From Bdellovibrionota bacterium (GTDB taxonomy: Bacteria > Bdellovibrionota_C > UBA2361 > JAAYZI01): a stretch of 64,000 bases of DNA. Positions 60,070-64,000 of the stretch are shown in pieces. A program made the position numbers and the translations under genes. Location of the stretch: positions 384,001 through 448,000 of the forward strand of contig JBMNIF010000003.1 of assembly GCA_050950765.1 (NCBI GenBank), given 5' to 3'. How positions within the stretch are numbered: the first letter of the stretch is position 1; every line of letters begins with the position of its first letter. The notes under the pieces are model-generated. The model was not told where the DNA came from, made no database searches, and worked only from the letters and a program-made list of their open reading frames with translations.

Positions 60070-61386
60070 CTAAGCTAAAGCTATCTTTACCTCTAAATCC
60101 ACATGCCCGTAATAGGTGATATTATCAATAACATTGATATGAATAGAATCGTAACGTCTATCCAGCGGCACATCAGTACCAGAACCTAAATCAGCTAAGC
60201 CAACTGACAAAAAATAATCGTTTGGCGCAAGATTCAAGTCTGCTTCAAATGAAACAAAGATAGGTTGATTGACTTCTATTGAGTCTATATTGAGCGACTG
60301 CAATTCTGAATTAGTATTATATAACGTCAATCCATCCCTTGTTTTAATGGCAAAACCGAAAACAGGACGAAGTGGTTTTTTATAAAAGATACATTTTGTA
60401 AGTAATTTAAATTTCCCTCTGCTCTTATAAGAATTGGGATATTCTACACCATTAAAAGTGACAAAATAATCCAAAATAGCAGCACTCTTATCTCCCCACC
60501 GATACTCATACTGATTATAACCCTTACGAGTTGAAAATAGATCAGTAGTGGAAGAGTCTTCTTTAAATATTTTAAAAGGATCTTCTGTTACAAGGGAGTT
60601 CTCGGCTTTTTCTATTTCTTCTGTTATCTTTTTCTGTTTAGCGTCAGATTTTCCAAAGAGTAAGTCTAAATAAACATTAACGACATCTTTAGGGAGACCT
60701 TCCGCAAGAAGAGACCCGTTGTTTAATAAGATAGCCCGAGTACAGTGTTGTATAACTTGCTCTGGAGAATGCGTCACAAGAATAATCGTTGTACCGGCAG
60801 CCTTTAATTCAGCTAAACGTGAAAAGCAACGTGCTTGGAATTTGGCATCACCAACCGCTAAAATTTCATCAACAATCAATATATCAGGAGATACTGAACT
60901 GGCTACCGCAAAAGCCAATCTGGCAAACATCCCGCTTGAATATGTTTTTACAGGTTGATCAATAAAAGTTCCGATATCTGCAAAATCAAGGATTGCATCA
61001 TACCGTTTCTTCATCTCAGCTTCACTAATGCCGAGAATGGCTCCACTTAAAATAACATTTTCAGCTCCCGTAAATTCAGGATTAAAGCCTGCTCCCAATT
61101 CAAGTAGTGCCGCAATACGTCCATTCGTTTTTACAGAGCCAGCAGTAGGTCTAAGAGTTCCAGCGATAATCTGCAACAACGTCGATTTGCCGGATCCATT
61201 TCGTCCAAGAATGCCGAGGGTCTCTCCTTTATAAACTGTAAGATTGATATCACGTAACGCCCAAAAAGTTTCATAATAAGTTCTGCGCTTACGCCAGATC
61301 ATCTGCTTTAAACGATCTTGTGGTTTCTTAAAGATCGGATAAACCTTGCTTACATTTTCAACCTGTATCGTAATATCAGATGACAT
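60070..61386 (-). CDS. wzt: Polysaccharide ABC exporter ATPase with C-terminal carbohydrate-binding domain
   Basis: GRNGSGKST, YSSGM, DEILAVGD and an Ig-like C-terminal extension; ATG at 61386. Confidence 0.93.
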   Translation of the reverse strand: MSSDITIQVENVSKVYPIFKKPQDRLKQMIWRKRRTYYETFWALRDINLTVYKGETLGILGRNGSGKSTLLQIIAGTLRPTAGSVKTNGRIAALLELGAGFNPEFTGAENVILSGAILGISEAEMKKRYDAILDFADIGTFIDQPVKTYSSGMFARLAFAVASSVSPDILIVDEILAVGDAKFQARCFSRLAELKAAGTTIILVTHSPEQVIQHCTRAILLNNGSLLAEGLPKDVVNVYLDLLFGKSDAKQKKITEEIEKAENSLVTEDPFKIFKEDSSTTDLFSTRKGYNQYEYRWGDKSAAILDYFVTFNGVEYPNSYKSRGKFKLLTKCIFYKKPLRPVFGFAIKTRDGLTLYNTNSELQSLNIDSIEVNQPIFVSFEADLNLAPNDYFLSVGLADLGSGTDVPLDRRYDSIHINVIDNITYYGHVDLEVKIALA

Positions 61387-62173
61387 CTGCAAACCCCTTT
61401 TCCGTCTTTTTGAACCATAAAAATCCGAGATATAAGACAATAATAGAAACTATCAGATATCCGCCCAAAAGGGGAAGATTCGGGATAGCTGCTCTAAACA
61501 TCAGCCCTCTTGCAGCTTCAATAATAATCGTAACAGGACTTAAATTAATTATAGCTTGATACTTCTCCGGAATAGCTGCCAGTGGATAAAAGATGGGGCT
61601 TAAAAACATCAGAATCATCACAAAGACACCAACGATCTGTCCCAGATCTCTAACGAAGACACCTAATGAAGCAAGAAAATAGGTAAGTCCCAAAGTTAAT
61701 AAACAAAACGGGATTAAAAGTAGCGGCACTAGTAATACTTCAAAGCTGGGAATTCCTTCAATAAAAAGATATCCCACCATTAAAACAAGATAACTCAAAA
61801 TAAAATTAAACAGCGCACTGATAATTGTTACAATCGGTAAGATCTCTAACGGGAAAAGGATCTTTTTTACATAAATAGCATTTGAAAGAATTAACGTTGG
61901 AGCTCTGTTGATACACTCAGCAAAGAGATTGAAAAAAATTAAGCCGCAAAAGAGGATTAAGGCAAAACTACCCTGCCCTGTATTATCCTCTCCCCACCTC
62001 GCTTTAAAAACAACTGAAAAAACAAACGTATAAACAAGTAGTAATAAAACAGGGATAAAGATCGCCCACAAGATCCCTAAAAATGTTCCGCGATACCTTG
62101 ATTCGATATCACGTTTTGATAAACGCCATATTAAAGCCGCATTGTTACGAATAGATGCTAGTAAACTAAACAT
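61376..62173 (-). CDS. wzm: Polysaccharide ABC exporter permease
   Basis: RYRGTFLGILW, RDLGQ, LSPIFYP, FADVI. Confidence 0.95.
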   Translation of the reverse strand: MFSLLASIRNNAALIWRLSKRDIESRYRGTFLGILWAIFIPVLLLLVYTFVFSVVFKARWGEDNTGQGSFALILFCGLIFFNLFAECINRAPTLILSNAIYVKKILFPLEILPIVTIISALFNFILSYLVLMVGYLFIEGIPSFEVLLVPLLLIPFCLLTLGLTYFLASLGVFVRDLGQIVGVFVMILMFLSPIFYPLAAIPEKYQAIINLSPVTIIIEAARGLMFRAAIPNLPLLGGYLIVSIIVLYLGFLWFKKTEKGFADVI

Positions 62174-62322
62174 TAATCTCTACATCCGCTAGATACAGGA
62201 AAAGGTTATAAATAAATGACTACTGCATAACCGTCATTGAATATATCGTGTTCTAACACTATTAAAACAATTTAACAAAGCATCCGCTGTACAGATTAAA
62301 GCGCCGTATAGTTCTCTAGCCT

Positions 62323-64000
62323 CTAGTTTTCAGCAGAGTGCAAGCCCCCTGCGCCTGCTTTAAAATCTATATTACAACGGTCAGGATTACCCTCTCTCGC
62401 TGCCGAGCAGTTCCATAAACAAGCACCACAATGCACACACTTTTCTCTATCAAATAGCGGCACACCATTATCCTCGCCTTGAGTAATCGCTTGACCTGAA
62501 CAGAGAGAGATGCAAACCCGTTTTTTACATCTTTTGCAGAGGTCAGGATTTATAAACTTGACGTGATCGGCATAGCCAGCAGGAGCTTGCACCTTTCCAC
62601 CTAATAATAGAGCATCTTGTTGAGAAACGAGTAGTTTCCCATCAAACTCTATCTTCGGCCAACCGATCTTTGTCATCACAGCATCATGCAACGGAATTCC
62701 CTGCTCCTTTGCCTCCTTTCGTAAAGCGTCAATCTCTTCAGCAGAAAGAATACCTTTATAATAATCTTCCATAGAACGGATTCGGGCATATGATTTTTGA
62801 GACTTGCCTGAAACATTTAGAAGTCCCCGAGTAATCCCCGTTAATCCCATACCGATCACACCGCGCACAAATCCCTCACGGAAACCATCTCTACTTTTTT
62901 CTGCGATCACACTTTCCTTTTCCAACCAACTTGCACGCCTTTTTGCAAGATAAGTTTTTTCCAGATTTTCCTTAGTAAACGGCAATTTTTGTTGTAATAA
63001 TTCAATAACACCTTCCGCTAAAAACTTTCCGCTAGCCCACGCTTCATCAACACCAGAACCGGTTAAGATATTTGTTGTACCCGATCCTTCACCGATACGA
63101 GCGTAACCGTCACCTACTAAAAACGGCTCTCCACGCCTCCCAGATTCTTGCAATGTTTTAGCTCCCCATGAGCGCAGCCGTCCTCCCTCTAAAAACTGCC
63201 AGAGATAAGGATGCGTCATCCAATGTTGCAAGTAGCGATAACTTGTTCTAACGGGGTTATCTAACCATGACGGCACAAAAATACCTAACGTTGCCGTCTG
63301 TTCTGAGAGAACATACATAAAACCAAAGATCTCTGGCTCAGGATAACCAAAGGTATGAATTACAGTGCCTGCTTTCAAACCGTGTCCTTCCGGAAGTTCC
63401 ACAACACCCTTCATCCCAACAGCCCACTCCTGATTTTCATGACCATCAGGCAACCCGAAATGATCATCTAAAGCCTGTCCGACCTGCCCAACAGGTCCAT
63501 CTCCAACAACTGTCAGAGCAGCTTCAACCTCCATCCCTGGAGTGTAGGCGCTATCCGGATTTTCATTTTTATCAACGCCCTGATCTGTCAACTTTATCCC
63601 TTTAACTACATCACCCTCAAAAAGAGGTGCACTGACAGGACTAGCTGGCCAGATCTGCACCCGTCCATCACACATCAACTGTTCAGAAACCCACTGCGTA
63701 AATTGTCCGAATGAAAAAACCACGCCACCGTGTTTATTTAAAAACGGTGGAGTATATGGCAAACGAAAAGCGTAATTTTTTCGAGGTAAAACTTTATCGG
63801 CAAACTTTAGAAGGGGAGATCTTCTACTGGCACCGTGTGGATCTAATAGATACACCATCCTCTCTTCCGTAATAGGGTGCATTAACGGGATGGCGAGTTT
63901 TTCAATCTCTCCCAAAGATTCTCTGATGGCTTTTGCTTTTGATACAACACCAGAAACACCAAAACCTACACTATCCGCACGTTCATAGCACAACACCTGT
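62323..64000 (-). CDS. ETF-quinone oxidoreductase / FixC-FixX-like flavoprotein with C-terminal 4Fe-4S domain (5' part outside the window)
   Basis: WAVGMK, HTFGYP, IGEGSG, CxxC..C and CVHCGAC. Confidence 0.85.
   Translation of the reverse strand, partial: QVLCYERADSVGFGVSGVVSKAKAIRESLGEIEKLAIPLMHPITEERMVYLLDPHGASRRSPLLKFADKVLPRKNYAFRLPYTPPFLNKHGGVVFSFGQFTQWVSEQLMCDGRVQIWPASPVSAPLFEGDVVKGIKLTDQGVDKNENPDSAYTPGMEVEAALTVVGDGPVGQVGQALDDHFGLPDGHENQEWAVGMKGVVELPEGHGLKAGTVIHTFGYPEPEIFGFMYVLSEQTATLGIFVPSWLDNPVRTSYRYLQHWMTHPYLWQFLEGGRLRSWGAKTLQESGRRGEPFLVGDGYARIGEGSGTTNILTGSGVDEAWASGKFLAEGVIELLQQKLPFTKENLEKTYLAKRRASWLEKESVIAEKSRDGFREGFVRGVIGMGLTGITRGLLNVSGKSQKSYARIRSMEDYYKGILSAEEIDALRKEAKEQGIPLHDAVMTKIGWPKIEFDGKLLVSQQDALLLGGKVQAPAGYADHVKFINPDLCKRCKKRVCISLCSGQAITQGEDNGVPLFDREKCVHCGACLWNCSAAREGNPDRCNIDFKAGAGGLHSAEN

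Noticed and set aside
1..64000. tRNA, rRNA, prophage, defence genes or a RAYT/HUH transposase
   Set aside because: None recognised in the sequence or ORF track; the transposases present are DDE-type with their own ends.

Overview
Bacterial chromosomal window, AT-rich, from a flagellated diderm (possibly Bdellovibrionota/deltaproteobacterial grade; weak inference). Housekeeping and envelope genes include a GH57 hydrolase, methyltransferases, a J-domain protein, pcm-nlpD, ihfA, batCDE, recN-nadK, gcvH-folD, sppA, fliK-flgD-flgE, a wzm/wzt polysaccharide locus and a partial ETF-QO/FixCX. There are three insertion sequences with readable ends and target duplications, one of them an IS3 nested in an IS1634-type element. 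The most unusual feature is a family of non-coding mosaic repeat fields (about 13.1-14.9, 24.7-26.1 and 37.7-39.1 kb, plus an inverted relic at 18.9-19.2 kb). They are built from about 45 co-oriented GGTGCCACCC cores with covarying hairpins, a second GGGTGTCCTAATT motif, and 11 IHF-consensus sites each exactly 26 nt upstream of a core. The fields appear to have duplicated the 5' part of batC, with breakpoints at the cores. No cognate enzyme is visible in the window. All calls were made by eye from motifs; no database search was run.
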